NCBI GenBank assembly: GCA_009835325.1
Contig: VXWP01000080.1
Coordinates: forward strand, 3,292 to 67,291
Origin: Gemmatimonadota bacterium
GTDB lineage: Bacteria > JAAXHH01
Direction: 5' to 3'
DNA length: 64,000 nucleotides
The translations under genes were made by a program, and so were the position numbers. The notes beneath the pieces are model-generated. The model searched no databases, was not told the DNA's origin, and saw only the letters and a program-made list of their open reading frames with translations. Positions 8,618 through 19,163 of the stretch are shown here, in pieces (position 1 is the first letter of the stretch; every line of letters begins with the position of its first letter).

Positions 8618-10064
8618 TCGGACAGACGGAACCGGCCGGACCGAAAGGGCCGGCCGGCAAGGACCGGAGATGACTTGCCGCCACGCGCATTTCATCGGGA
8701 TAGGCGGAATCGGCATGAGCGCACTGGCTGAACTGATGCTCGGTTATGGATACAAAGTCAGCGGGTCGGACCTGCGGGGCACGCAGTTGACCGACCGGTT
8801 ACATGGTCTCGGAGCGTCCGTCTTCAAGGGCCACGACCCGGCCAACGCGGAGGGTGCGGACCTGATCGTGTACTCCTCCGCCATCCCCGGGGACAATGCC
8901 GAGCTCGAGGCGGCCCGCCGGCTGGGCCGGCGCACCGTCACCCGCGCCGAACTGCTCGGCATCCTGACGCGCGGGACGCAGGGCATCGCCGTGGCGGGCA
9001 CCCACGGAAAGACCTCCACGTCGGCCATGATCGTCAAGGTACTGGCCGACGCGGGGCTGGACCCGACGGCCGTCATCGGCGGGGTCATGACGGAAAACGG
9101 ATCCAATGTCCGCCGTGGAAACGGTCCCTTTATGGTCGTGGAAGCCGATGAATACGACCGTTCGTTCCATGCGCTGACGCCCGCGGCGGCCGTGATCACT
9201 TCGGTGGACGCCGACCACATGGAATACTACGGTTCGCAGGAAGCCATCGATGAAGCCTTTACCGTCTTCGCCCATCTCGTACCCGAGGACGGGTCCCTGA
9301 TCGTGTGCGCGGACGACCCGGGCATCGGCAGAATCCGGCCCGGCCTGCGTCGCCGCCTGGTGACCTACGGGCTTTCGGCGCAAGCCTGCATCCGGGCGGA
9401 CCGGGTGGAATCGAAAGGCTGGAGCATTTCCGCCGAGGTGTACGTGCGGGACGTTCCGGCCGGCCGGCTGGTACTGCCGCAGCCGGGCGAGTGCAACCTG
9501 TCAAACGCACTGGCCGCCATCGCCGTGGCCGACGATCTCGAGCTGCCCGTAGATCGGACCATGTCGGCCCTGGCGGAATACCGGGGGCTGAGAAGGCGAT
9601 TCGAAGTGCTGGGCAGCATCGGCGGCGTCACGGTGGTGGACGACTACGCCCACCATCCCGTCGAAATCGAGGCCGCGCTGCGCGCAGTGTCGAATGCGGG
9701 CGCCCGGCGCATGTTCGTGGTGTTCCAGCCACACCTTTACAGCCGGACGCGGAATCTGCGCCGAGAATTCGGACACGTGCTTGGGCGGTTTCGCGCATAC
9801 CGGACGATCGTTACGGACGTATACGCGTCCAGGGAATCTCCCCGGGACGGGGTGACGGGTGAGATGATCGTCCACGACGCGAGCGCATTCGGCGGAAACG
9901 TCGCGTATATCCCGGACAAGGACCGGGTAGCGGCAGCGTTGGTGGACGATCTCGAGCATGGAGACCTGGTGCTTACTCTCGGCGCGGGGGACGTCGGCGA
10001 GGTGGGAAGCCAGATTTGCGAACTGCTGCGGAAAAGCGGAGTCCGGTCTCATGGGAATGTCTGA
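8610..10064 (+). CDS. murC: UDP-N-acetylmuramate--L-alanine ligase MurC
   Basis: FIGIGGIGMSALA N-terminus and GTHGKTSTS P-loop. Start ATG 8610 (ATGACTGA overlap with ftsW); alternative ATG 8670. Confidence 0.9.
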   Translation: MTDRTDGTGRTERAGRQGPEMTCRHAHFIGIGGIGMSALAELMLGYGYKVSGSDLRGTQLTDRLHGLGASVFKGHDPANAEGADLIVYSSAIPGDNAELEAARRLGRRTVTRAELLGILTRGTQGIAVAGTHGKTSTSAMIVKVLADAGLDPTAVIGGVMTENGSNVRRGNGPFMVVEADEYDRSFHALTPAAAVITSVDADHMEYYGSQEAIDEAFTVFAHLVPEDGSLIVCADDPGIGRIRPGLRRRLVTYGLSAQACIRADRVESKGWSISAEVYVRDVPAGRLVLPQPGECNLSNALAAIAVADDLELPVDRTMSALAEYRGLRRRFEVLGSIGGVTVVDDYAHHPVEIEAALRAVSNAGARRMFVVFQPHLYSRTRNLRREFGHVLGRFRAYRTIVTDVYASRESPRDGVTGEMIVHDASAFGGNVAYIPDKDRVAAALVDDLEHGDLVLTLGAGDVGEVGSQICELLRKSGVRSHGNV

Positions 10065-10977
10065 AATCTTCAGCGGGTTGGTGCCTGCCGGGCGGCTCCG
10101 GCTGAACGAGGGGCTCGACCGGCATACCACCTACCGGGTGGGGGGACCGGCCGACGTGATGTGTTTGCCTGAAACCCGGTCGGAGCTGCTCGAAATCGTC
10201 ACCGCGGCCAGGGTGCACGAGGTCCCCTGGCTGGTGCTGGGGAACGGGAGCAACATGCTCTTTTCGGATGACGGATTCAGGGGGCTGGTCATCAAGATAC
10301 GCGGATCGACCCCGGCGGAGGGGACGCTGTGGCATCTGAAGCAGGAAGGCGAATACCTCCGGGCCGGCGCCGGCGTCAGCCTGCCCCGGCTCGCCTGGTC
10401 GGCGGCGGCCACGGGACTGGGCGGGCTGGAGTTCTGCACCGGGATTCCCGGCGTGGTCGGCGGGTCCGTCCGTGGCAACGCGGGCGCCCACGGGAGCGAT
10501 CTGGGTGGCGTGCTGGAGTCGATTGAGCTGATACAGCCTTCCGGCGACATCGAGACGATCCCGGCCGGCGATGCGGGGTTTTCCTACCGGGAGAGCGGTA
10601 TCGATCCGGGCGGCATCGTGACCGGGGCCGTGTTCAGGCTGACGCCGGACGAGCCGGAAAACGTGTATGAACGCATACGGGATTTCACCGAATACCGGAA
10701 GCGCACGCAGCCGTCCGCGGACCAGAGCGCCGGATGCATGTTCAAGAACCCCGAGGACGGCACGGCGGGGAGGCTGATCGACGCGGCCGGTTGCAAGGGC
10801 CTGCAGGTCGGGGGAGCGAGGGTGTCGGACCTCCACGGCAATTTCGTAATCAACCAGGGCGGGGCGACGGCTTCGGACGCGTTGAGGCTGATCGACATGG
10901 TTCGCGAGCGGGTCTTCGAACGGACCGGCGTAGCCCTTGAACTCGAGGTGCGCGTGATGAAATCGGGGGTCGTATGA
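10051..10977 (+). CDS. murB: UDP-N-acetylenolpyruvoylglucosamine reductase MurB
   Basis: FAD-binding domain (TYRVGGPAD ... LGNGSNMLF) and MurB C-terminal domain. Start ATG 10051 overlaps the murC stop. Confidence 0.85.
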   Translation: MGMSEIFSGLVPAGRLRLNEGLDRHTTYRVGGPADVMCLPETRSELLEIVTAARVHEVPWLVLGNGSNMLFSDDGFRGLVIKIRGSTPAEGTLWHLKQEGEYLRAGAGVSLPRLAWSAAATGLGGLEFCTGIPGVVGGSVRGNAGAHGSDLGGVLESIELIQPSGDIETIPAGDAGFSYRESGIDPGGIVTGAVFRLTPDEPENVYERIRDFTEYRKRTQPSADQSAGCMFKNPEDGTAGRLIDAAGCKGLQVGGARVSDLHGNFVINQGGATASDALRLIDMVRERVFERTGVALELEVRVMKSGVV

Positions 10978-11816
10978 AGCTAAACAGGACGCATCCCGCG
11001 GCCAGGCTGATGCTTGGACTCGCGGCCGGTCTGCTCGTCTCGGGCGCGGTGGCCGGTCTGGCCATGGTCGGCCTGGCGCTGTCCGAGTGGACGAAGACCT
11101 CGCCGGCGTTCAAACTGAACACCATCGACGTCGCGGGGAACCGCTTAGTCGGCAAAGAAGATATCATCGCGGTTTCCGGTCTTGAGCGTGGACGGAACAT
11201 CTGGTCGGCCGACCTCTCGGAGACCGAAAGGCGACTTATGCTGGACCGGCGGTTCGTACAGGTCGCGGTCACCAGGAGACTGCCCGGTACCGTCGTGGTC
11301 CGCGTGGAGGAACTGCAACCGATCGCTTTCGTACAGCTGGACCGGCTGTACGGCGTCTCGGAACGCGGCGAGCTGATCCCCCTGACGCCCGGCAACGGGC
11401 TGCCGGATCTTCCCGTGATCACCGTCGACGCTTCAAGCTACCGGCAGGCGCCGGGTACCGCGGAGCCGGAGGACCGCAGTTTCGAATCGCTGAGAGACGC
11501 CATGTCGGCCAATCCGGAGATGGCCCGCGCGCTCTACCTGATGCGGGTGCTCAGGACGATGTCTCCGGCGATGTATGACGAGTTGTCCGAGATACACGTG
11601 TCCAGTCCCGATGACCCGGTCGCCTACATGGTCGAAGGCGGTCTGGCCATACGGTTCGGGACGGGTCACTATCCGAGGAAGATCGAGATGTTGAAAAGGA
11701 CGGTGGAACAGCTGGAAGCCGATGCCATCCGTACCCGCCTGATCGACCTGCGGTTCAAGGACCAGGTCATCGTCCGGCCGATCGTATCCAACCGGTCCGG
11801 GAGCGGGAGATCGTAG
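10974..11816 (+). CDS. ftsQ: Cell division protein FtsQ (POTRA domain)
   Basis: N-terminal TM, POTRA-like segment (IDVAGNRLVGKEDI), position between murB and ftsA; ATGA overlap with murB. Confidence 0.75.
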   Translation: MKLNRTHPAARLMLGLAAGLLVSGAVAGLAMVGLALSEWTKTSPAFKLNTIDVAGNRLVGKEDIIAVSGLERGRNIWSADLSETERRLMLDRRFVQVAVTRRLPGTVVVRVEELQPIAFVQLDRLYGVSERGELIPLTPGNGLPDLPVITVDASSYRQAPGTAEPEDRSFESLRDAMSANPEMARALYLMRVLRTMSPAMYDELSEIHVSSPDDPVAYMVEGGLAIRFGTGHYPRKIEMLKRTVEQLEADAIRTRLIDLRFKDQVIVRPIVSNRSGSGRS

Positions 11817-11834
11817 TGGCAAAAGGAGTTGAAC

Positions 11835-13055
11835 ATGGCTCGTGAACGTATCGCCGCGCTCGATCTGGGTACCACCAGAACGGTCGTGCTGATCGGCGAG
11901 ATTGCAGACGACGGACTGCGGATCCTGGGCAGGGGCGCGAGCAGGTCCCGGGGCCTCAGAAGAGGTGTCGTGGTCAACATGGACGAGGCCGCCCGTTCAA
12001 TCGATGAGGCGCTCCGGACCGCGGAACGCGATGCGGGCGCCAGGGTAAACGAGGTATTCGTCGGGTTTTCCGGCGAGCACATCGAAAGCGTCAACAGCAG
12101 CGGCGCCGTGGCCATCGCGACCGACGTCGGCCGGGGCGTGACCCAGGAGGACGTATTCCGCGCCCGCGAAGCGGCGACGGCCCTTAAAATCCCCTCGGAC
12201 CGTCAGGTCATCCACGTGCTCACCCAGGACCACATCGTGGACGACCAGTGCAGGATCCCCGACCCGTGCGGCATGTCGGGCGTCCGGCTCGAAGTGCTCG
12301 TGCACATCGTAACGGGCGCGGTCACCCCGTTGCGGAATGTACGCAACTGCATCGAGCAATCCGGAATGCGGGTCAGGGAACTCGTCCTGGATACAATCGC
12401 CTCTTGCGAGTCGGCGCTCACGTCCGACGAGAAGGAACTGGGTGTCGTGCTGCTCGACCTGGGCGGAGGCACGACGAAGGTCGCGCTGCTCCACCAGGGG
12501 AGCATTCGGCATTCGGCGGTCATACCGGCCGGGGGCAACAACCTTACGAACGACATCGCCATCGGCCTCCGCACGCCCCATGAGGACGCCGAACGGATCA
12601 AGTGCTGCTACGCCAGTGCGGTATATGTCCGGCCGGACCGGGACAACCTGATCGAAGTCCCCGGGGTCGGCGGCCGCGAGCCGCGGGAGGTGACGCGGGA
12701 GGAACTGGCCTTCGTGGTCGGACCGCGGATCAAGGAGTTGCTGTTACTCGCGCGGGAGGAGATCCGAAGCAGCGGTTTCGAAGACCTGGTGGGCACCGGG
12801 GTCGTCATCACGGGCGGCGGTGCGCTGATTCCGGGCATCGCGAAACAGGCGGAACAGGTCTTCGGCATGTCCGCGAAAATCGGCGCGCCGGAAGAGGTCC
12901 CCGGACTGGAAAACGACGAATACGCACCGACGTACGCCACGAGTGTCGGATTGTTGCGCTACGCCATGTACAACCTTTCGGAAAAGGAGCGGCTCCATGG
13001 TACGGAAGGAGGATTGCTGGACCGTATGATAAGCCGGATCGCGGCCCTGATGTAG
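11835..13055 (+). CDS. ftsA: Cell division protein FtsA
   Basis: Actin-fold motifs (ALDLGTT ... LLDLGGGTT ... ITGGGA). AAAGGAG RBS 7 nt upstream of ATG 11835. Confidence 0.9.
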   Translation: MARERIAALDLGTTRTVVLIGEIADDGLRILGRGASRSRGLRRGVVVNMDEAARSIDEALRTAERDAGARVNEVFVGFSGEHIESVNSSGAVAIATDVGRGVTQEDVFRAREAATALKIPSDRQVIHVLTQDHIVDDQCRIPDPCGMSGVRLEVLVHIVTGAVTPLRNVRNCIEQSGMRVRELVLDTIASCESALTSDEKELGVVLLDLGGGTTKVALLHQGSIRHSAVIPAGGNNLTNDIAIGLRTPHEDAERIKCCYASAVYVRPDRDNLIEVPGVGGREPREVTREELAFVVGPRIKELLLLAREEIRSSGFEDLVGTGVVITGGGALIPGIAKQAEQVFGMSAKIGAPEEVPGLENDEYAPTYATSVGLLRYAMYNLSEKERLHGTEGGLLDRMISRIAALM

Positions 13056-13132
13056 AAACCGGCACGTATATTCGTACAGAATCGAGCAAAACCGGCAGAT
13101 TGCTGCCTCAAACCCACAGAAGGAGGCTGTAA

Positions 13133-14305
13133 ATGTCTACTTTCGACTTCGATGCGGAACCGGGACTGTTCGCTCGCATGAAGATCATCGGCGTGGGCGG
13201 CGCCGGAAAGAACGCCGTTAACCACATGGTTGAAATCGGCGTCCCGGGCGTCGATTTTCTGGTCGCCAACACGGACGCGCAGGACCTGGCGAGTTCCAAT
13301 GTGAAGTACAAGATACAGCTGGGGCACGAGATCACCCGTGGGCTCGGCGCCGGCGCGAATCCGGACGTAGGGCGCAAGGCCGCGGAGGAAAGCCGGGACG
13401 TTATCGCGGAACACCTGACCGATATCGATATGGTCTTCATCACCGCGGGCATGGGGGGCGGCACGGGAACCGGCGCCGCACCGGTGATCGCGCAGATCGC
13501 CAAGGAACTGGACGTCCTGGCCGTCGGCGTCGTGACCAAGCCCTTTGCCTTCGAGGGACCCAAGCGGGCGGCGAACGCCGAAACCGGGCTCGCCGCATTG
13601 AAAGAGCATGTGGATACGGTCGTCATCATCCCCAACCAGAAGCTGAAGGAAGCCGTGAGCCACACCACGACTTTCAAAGACGCCCTGAAGGTGGCCGACG
13701 AGGTTCTGCTGCAGGCCACGCGCGGCATTTCGGACCTGGTCACCCTGCCCGGGCTGATCAACGTCGATTACGCCGATATCCGGACGACCATGGAGAACAA
13801 GGGCGAAGCCCTCATGGGCACCGGCGAATCCGAGGGGGACAAGCGCGCGCTGGAAGCGGCGGAACGGGCCATGCGGCACCCGCTGCTGTCGGACATGGAC
13901 ATAGACGGGGCCAAGGATATCCTGCTGAATATCTCGGGCGGCCAGGATATGACCCTGTTTGAAGTGGAAGAAGTGATGACCACGATCCAGGCGGCCGCGG
14001 GACACACCAACATCATCATGGGTACGGTCCTCGACGAGAGTCTGGAAGGCAAAATCCGGGTGACGTTGATCGCCACGGGACTGGACGAGGCGATGTCTTC
14101 TCCGGATGAAATGCTGACCCGGAACATCCTGAAGTTCCAGCCGGACCGTCCTGAAGAGATCGAGACCCCGGCTTTTCAACGGGTCAAGCGTAACGGGTTC
14201 GAGACGGAGGAAGTGGCCGTGGGCGACCCGTCCGACGACGCGGTCGACAACAACGGACTGGACGTGCCGACCTACATGCGCCGCCGCAGGGCTTTCGGTT
14301 CGTAG
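13133..14305 (+). CDS. ftsZ: Cell division GTPase FtsZ
   Basis: GVGGAGKNAVNHM and GGGTGTGAAP tubulin signature; conserved C-terminal DVPTYMRRR peptide; AGGAGG RBS. Confidence 0.95.
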   Translation: MSTFDFDAEPGLFARMKIIGVGGAGKNAVNHMVEIGVPGVDFLVANTDAQDLASSNVKYKIQLGHEITRGLGAGANPDVGRKAAEESRDVIAEHLTDIDMVFITAGMGGGTGTGAAPVIAQIAKELDVLAVGVVTKPFAFEGPKRAANAETGLAALKEHVDTVVIIPNQKLKEAVSHTTTFKDALKVADEVLLQATRGISDLVTLPGLINVDYADIRTTMENKGEALMGTGESEGDKRALEAAERAMRHPLLSDMDIDGAKDILLNISGGQDMTLFEVEEVMTTIQAAAGHTNIIMGTVLDESLEGKIRVTLIATGLDEAMSSPDEMLTRNILKFQPDRPEEIETPAFQRVKRNGFETEEVAVGDPSDDAVDNNGLDVPTYMRRRRAFGS

Positions 14306-14368
14306 CATCCCGGATCATCCCACGTCCGAACGGGTGATTCAGGCACAGGCCAAACCGGTCAAATTCGA

Positions 14369-14397
14369 TTGACAGGTCCACGGCGGGACGGTATTTT
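14369..14397 (+). promoter_or_regulatory. Putative promoter for valS: TTGACA-N17-TATTTT
   Basis: -35 at 14369-14374, -10 at 14392-14397, in the ftsZ-valS intergenic region ~147 nt upstream of the valS ATG. Confidence 0.35.
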
Positions 14398-14543
14398 GAG
14401 GCTGGCGATTTTGCGGTGCTGGTTTCAAGATACCATCTCGTCGGAGGGCGTAGTCTTTCCTGTCCGGTAACCGGTCTGATTACGGCCATTCCATATCCTG
14501 TTCTATTCTGCAACTTCCGATACGACAGGGAGATACATCCGAT

Positions 14544-17213
14544 ATGGCCGAGGGATTGCCCCCTCAGTACGACCCCGGAACCGTTGAACGGAAGTGGTAC
14601 GCTTTCTGGGAAGAGCACCAGTTCTTCCACGCCGATCCGGCTTCCGGCAAGCCCCCCTATTCCATCGTCATACCCCCACCCAACATCACCGGCATACTCC
14701 ATCTCGGTCACGTGCTGAACAACACGATCCAGGATGTGCTCATCCGGTTCAAGCGCATGCAGGGATACGAAACCCTCTGGATGCCGGGAACCGATCACGC
14801 CGGTATCGCCACGCACGTGGTCGTGGAACGGATGCTGGCGGAACGGGGCATCGACCGGGAGGAAATCGGCCGCGAGCGATTCGTGGAGGAAGTGTGGCGA
14901 TGGCGCGAGCAGTATGGCGGCACCATTATCCGCCAGTTGAAGGAACTGGGTTGCTCCTGTGACTGGAAGCGCGAGCGTTTCACCATGGACGAAGGGCTTT
15001 CCAGGTCGGTTCTCACGGTATTCATCGCGCTTTTCGAGAAGAAGATGATCTACCGGGGCAATCGCATCATCCACTGGTGTCCCCGATGCAATACCGCCCT
15101 GTCCAACGAGGAGTCCGTTCCCCGGGACGAGCAAGGATCGCTGTGGCGGATCCGGTATCCCCTGGCAGACGGCACGGGCGGGATCAGCATCGCCACGACG
15201 AGACCGGAGACCATGCTCGGCGACGTGGCGGTTGCCGTCCACCCGGAGGACGAGCGGCACGCGCACCTGGTGGGCAAACGGGTCAGCCTGCCGCTGACGG
15301 ACCGGTCCGTCCCGATCATCGCGGACGCGGAGCTGGTTGACCAGGCATTCGGCACGGGCGTCGTCAAGGTGACGCCGGCCCACGATTTCAACGATTTCAT
15401 CCTCGGCAACAAGCACGACTTGCCCCAGATCGTGATCATGGACGAGGATGGCACGATGAACGAAGCCGCCGGTCCCGCCTACCGCGGACTGGACCGGTTC
15501 GAGTGCCGTCGCAGGGTCGTGAAGGACCTCGAAGACCTCGGCCTCCTCGAAGGAATCGAAGGTCACGTCCATGCCGTCCGCCACTGCCAGCGTTGCGACT
15601 CGGTCCTCGAGCCCCGGCTTTCCCGCCAGTGGTTCCTGAAGACCCGGCCGCTTGCCCGCCGTCTCCTGCGCGCCCTGGAAGAAGACCGGATACCGGGCAT
15701 TACCCCGGAACACTGGGAGAAGACGTACCGCCACTGGCTGGAAAACATCGAGGACTGGTGCCTTTCCCGCCAGTTGTGGTGGGGTCACCGCATTCCGGTA
15801 TGGTATTGTGCGTCGTGCGGAAGCGCACACGCGGGCATCGAAGCGCCCGGGCAGTGCGGCCGTTGCGGCCACGGCGTGCTGCACCAGGACGAAGACGTGC
15901 TGGACACCTGGTTCTCATCGGCCCTGTGGCCCTTTTCGACCATGGGCTGGCCGGAACGCACGGCGGAGCTCCGGACCTTCTATCCCACCTCCACGCTGGT
16001 CACCGGCCACGATATCCTGTTCTTCTGGGTCGTTCGCATGATGATGATGGGCTACGAATTCATGGACGACCGGCCCTTCGACGACGTCTATCTCACGAGC
16101 CTGGTGCGCGACATCAAGGGACGGAAACTGAGCAAATCGCTGGGCAATTCGCCCGATCCCCTGGAAGTCATGGATACCTACGGCGCCGACGCGCTGAGGT
16201 ACGCCATGATGCTGATCGCGCCGCACGGACAGGACTTGCTGTATTCCAACGAACAGGTCGAAGTGGGACGCAATTTCGCGAACAAGATGTGGAATGCCGC
16301 ACGGCTGGTACTCATGCACCAGAAGCCGCCGGAATCCGGCCTTCCGGTATCCGAGAACCTGTGGGACCGCTGGATCCTGTCCCGCCTGGACCGTACCGTC
16401 GAACAGGCGACGCGGTCCCTGGAGCAATATGCCTTCCACGAGACGGCGCTGCTGCTCTACGACTTCTTCTGGCACGACTTCTGCGATTGGTATCTCGAAG
16501 CAATCAAGCAACGGCTCTACGACGAGACGGACGCCGCGTCCGCGGATCACGCGCGTCGCACGGCCCTGCTCGTGCTCGAACAGACGCTCCGCCTGTTTCA
16601 CCCGTTCATGCCGTTCATCACCGAGGAAATCTGGCAGCAACTTAGACCCTGCCTGGATGACCGGGACGCGGAACCGGCCGGCATCGTCGTCGCGCCCTGG
16701 CCGGAATCGCGTCCGGCCCGGGTTCGAGCGGATGCCGAAGAGGACATACGATACGTCCAGGAACTGATCGGGGCCATCCGGGGCGTCCGCGCCGACTTCA
16801 GAGTCCATCCTACCCAGGAAATGGCGGTGCACTGCCGGGTCGCGGACCCCCGCCTTATCGAAGTACTCTCCGGGCAGGCACGGGCTGTCCAGTCGCTTGC
16901 CCGGTGCACGCTGGCCTTCGTCGACGGCGACGAGGCCCGGCCCGCCGGTTGTGCGTCCGGTGTGTTGCGGGACATGGAATTCTACATTCCGCTCAGCGGC
17001 CTGATCGACCTGGAAATCGAAACAGTTCGCCTTTCCCGGGAGCGGACCCGGGTCGAGCAGGAATTGGAAAAGGTCCGCAAGCGCCTGTCGAACGGCCAGT
17101 TCGTGCAAAAAGCGCCCGCGGATGTCGTCGAGAAGGAAAAGGACAAGCAGAACAACTACGAGGACATGATCGGCCGGCTGAATCGGAATCTCGAAATGAT
17201 TTGTGCAGGATGA
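14544..17213 (+). CDS. valS: Valine--tRNA ligase
   Basis: 889 aa; class I HIGH (LHLGHVLN) and KMSKS (KLSKSLGN) motifs, editing domain, C-terminal coiled coil. Confidence 0.95.
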   Translation: MAEGLPPQYDPGTVERKWYAFWEEHQFFHADPASGKPPYSIVIPPPNITGILHLGHVLNNTIQDVLIRFKRMQGYETLWMPGTDHAGIATHVVVERMLAERGIDREEIGRERFVEEVWRWREQYGGTIIRQLKELGCSCDWKRERFTMDEGLSRSVLTVFIALFEKKMIYRGNRIIHWCPRCNTALSNEESVPRDEQGSLWRIRYPLADGTGGISIATTRPETMLGDVAVAVHPEDERHAHLVGKRVSLPLTDRSVPIIADAELVDQAFGTGVVKVTPAHDFNDFILGNKHDLPQIVIMDEDGTMNEAAGPAYRGLDRFECRRRVVKDLEDLGLLEGIEGHVHAVRHCQRCDSVLEPRLSRQWFLKTRPLARRLLRALEEDRIPGITPEHWEKTYRHWLENIEDWCLSRQLWWGHRIPVWYCASCGSAHAGIEAPGQCGRCGHGVLHQDEDVLDTWFSSALWPFSTMGWPERTAELRTFYPTSTLVTGHDILFFWVVRMMMMGYEFMDDRPFDDVYLTSLVRDIKGRKLSKSLGNSPDPLEVMDTYGADALRYAMMLIAPHGQDLLYSNEQVEVGRNFANKMWNAARLVLMHQKPPESGLPVSENLWDRWILSRLDRTVEQATRSLEQYAFHETALLLYDFFWHDFCDWYLEAIKQRLYDETDAASADHARRTALLVLEQTLRLFHPFMPFITEEIWQQLRPCLDDRDAEPAGIVVAPWPESRPARVRADAEEDIRYVQELIGAIRGVRADFRVHPTQEMAVHCRVADPRLIEVLSGQARAVQSLARCTLAFVDGDEARPAGCASGVLRDMEFYIPLSGLIDLEIETVRLSRERTRVEQELEKVRKRLSNGQFVQKAPADVVEKEKDKQNNYEDMIGRLNRNLEMICAG

Positions 17214-18067
17214 GCGTCGAGTGCTATATTGATTTGCACGCCCACAGCGACTGTTCCGACGGTGTCGATACCCCGGAAGAGCTCGTGTCGAAAGCCCGCG
17301 CAGCGGGGCTGTGCGCACTGGCGATTACGGACCACGACGCGGTGGACGGCGTGGAGCGGGCCCGGCGCGAATCGGCCCGGCACGAATCGGCCCGGCACGA
17401 ATCGGCCCCGGACCTGGAGATCGTACCCGGTGTGGAGCTCAGTGCGCGGGATGGCGCTTCCGACGTGCATATCCTGGGTTACTTCTTCGACCCCGGCGAC
17501 CGGTCGTTGCTTTCGTACCTGGAAACTTTCAGGTCGCAGCGGCTGCACCGGGCGAAGGGCATCGTCCGGAAGCTGAACGACCTGGGCGTAGCGCTTGAAC
17601 TGGAAACGGTCATCGCCCATGCGCAGGACGGAAAGACCAGTGTCGGCAGGCCGCATATCGCCCGCGCGCTGGTGGAAAGCAACCAGGCCGATTCGATACA
17701 GGACGCCTTTACACGGTACCTGGGCAACCACGCCCCCGCGTACCTGCCCAAGGTCTTTTTCGCCGTCGAGGATGCGATTCAGGTGATCCACGAAGCCGGC
17801 GGCGCGGCCGTGCTTGCCCACCCGGGATCCCTGCGAAGGGACGAATTGATCCCCGGTTTCGTAAAGTCGGGCCTGGACGGCCTGGAAGTCATCCATCCGG
17901 ACCACTCCGGGACGGCCCGGCGCTACTACGGGCAACTGGCTGCAAAGCACGGACTGGTGGCAACCGGCGGATCGGATTATCACGGTCCCCGGGCGGATCG
18001 TTGCGGCCTCGGCGGCATGAAGGTACCTCTGCATCATCTGACTGAACTGAAACGGATAGTGGCTTGA
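17210..18067 (+). CDS. PHP-domain phosphoesterase (TrpH/YciV-like)
   Basis: IDLHAHSDCSDG ... ITDHD PHP metal-binding motifs. ATGA overlap with valS stop; the track's upstream extension to 16904 is rejected. Confidence 0.8.
   Translation: MSVECYIDLHAHSDCSDGVDTPEELVSKARAAGLCALAITDHDAVDGVERARRESARHESARHESAPDLEIVPGVELSARDGASDVHILGYFFDPGDRSLLSYLETFRSQRLHRAKGIVRKLNDLGVALELETVIAHAQDGKTSVGRPHIARALVESNQADSIQDAFTRYLGNHAPAYLPKVFFAVEDAIQVIHEAGGAAVLAHPGSLRRDELIPGFVKSGLDGLEVIHPDHSGTARRYYGQLAAKHGLVATGGSDYHGPRADRCGLGGMKVPLHHLTELKRIVA
17368..17409 (+). repeat. In-frame 15-bp tandem repeat (~2.8 copies) in the PHP gene
   Basis: cgaatcggcccggca x2 plus a partial copy, encoding (ESARH)2-ESAPD inserted after the DHD motif. 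Confidence 0.8.
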
Positions 18068-18127
18068 TGTAAAGCCGGATGCCTTAGCGTACGTTCGATG
18101 TTTCTGCAGGAATCAAGGAGACGAAAA

Positions 18128-19162
18128 ATGCGTTTTACCCTGCCGGACTTCTTTTCCAATGATATCGGCATCGATCTGGGTACGGCAAACACGCTCGTTT
18201 ACGTGCGCGGCAGAGGCATCGTCATCAACGAACCTTCCGTCGTGGCGGTCAATACCAAGACCGGTAAAGTCGTTGCCGTCGGCGCCGAGGCCAAGGTCAT
18301 GCTCGGCAGGGAACCACCCGACCTCAAGGCGCACCGGCCGTTGCGCGACGGCGTGATCGCCGACTTCGAGTATACGGAAGCCATGATCCGGTACTTCATC
18401 CGCAAGGTGCTCAAGAACTCGTTCTTCATACGGCCGCGCGTCGTGGCGTGTATCCCCTCGGGGGTGACCGACGTCGAGATGAGGGCGGTCCGGGATTCGG
18501 CGGAGCGGGCCGGCGCAAAGGAAGTGATGCTGATCTCCGAACCCATGGCGGCCGCCATCGGCTGTTCCCTGCCCGTGGAAGAGCCGGTGGGGAGCATGAT
18601 CATCGACATCGGCGGCGGGACCTCGGAGATCGCCGTGATCTCCCTCGGCGGCATCGTGACCGCAAAGTCCGTACGCATCGGCGGCGATGAGATGGACGAG
18701 GCCATCATCAACCACATGAAGAACGACTGCAACCTTCAAATCGGTTTCAACATGGCCGAACAGATCAAGTGGAAACTCGGCTCGGCCTATCCCGTGTTCG
18801 ACAGGGAACTGGAAATGACGGTTAAGGGGCTCGACCTGATCGACCGGATTCCACGTTCGGTCGTGGTCGATTCCCTGGCGATCCGCAGGGTACTTTCGCA
18901 ACCGCTCGACGGCGTGATCATGGCGGTGAGGCAAACCCTGGAATTGACGCCGGCGGAACTCGCGGCCGATATCATCGATCGCGGGATCATCATCAGCGGC
19001 GGCGGGTCCCGGCTGCCTGGCCTGGACAGGCAAATCACGAAGGAGACGAAGCTGCCGGTAAGGCTCGACGACGAGCCCATGACCTCGGTAGTCCGTGGAG
19101 CGGGGAAGATCATCGAGAACTACGCCGCCTACGAGACGATGCTGAGCGTCCTGAAAGACTAG
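18128..19162 (+). CDS. mreB: Rod shape-determining protein MreB
   Basis: Actin-like ATPase motifs (IGIDLGTANT ... DIGGGTSE). AGGAG RBS. Confidence 0.9.
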   Translation: MRFTLPDFFSNDIGIDLGTANTLVYVRGRGIVINEPSVVAVNTKTGKVVAVGAEAKVMLGREPPDLKAHRPLRDGVIADFEYTEAMIRYFIRKVLKNSFFIRPRVVACIPSGVTDVEMRAVRDSAERAGAKEVMLISEPMAAAIGCSLPVEEPVGSMIIDIGGGTSEIAVISLGGIVTAKSVRIGGDEMDEAIINHMKNDCNLQIGFNMAEQIKWKLGSAYPVFDRELEMTVKGLDLIDRIPRSVVVDSLAIRRVLSQPLDGVIMAVRQTLELTPAELAADIIDRGIIISGGGSRLPGLDRQITKETKLPVRLDDEPMTSVVRGAGKIIENYAAYETMLSVLKD

Positions 19163-19163
19163 C

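Noticed and set aside
16904-17209. Upstream extension of the PHP ORF (16904), and similar N-terminal extensions of ftsL (1547), murF (5953), NapH-like (43918), SBP3 (50372), amidohydrolase (34463) and SDR (48017).
   Set aside because: The extensions overlap the preceding conserved gene by hundreds of nt. Internal ATG/TTG starts with RBSs, operon-style 4-bp overlaps and family-typical N-termini support the shorter models.
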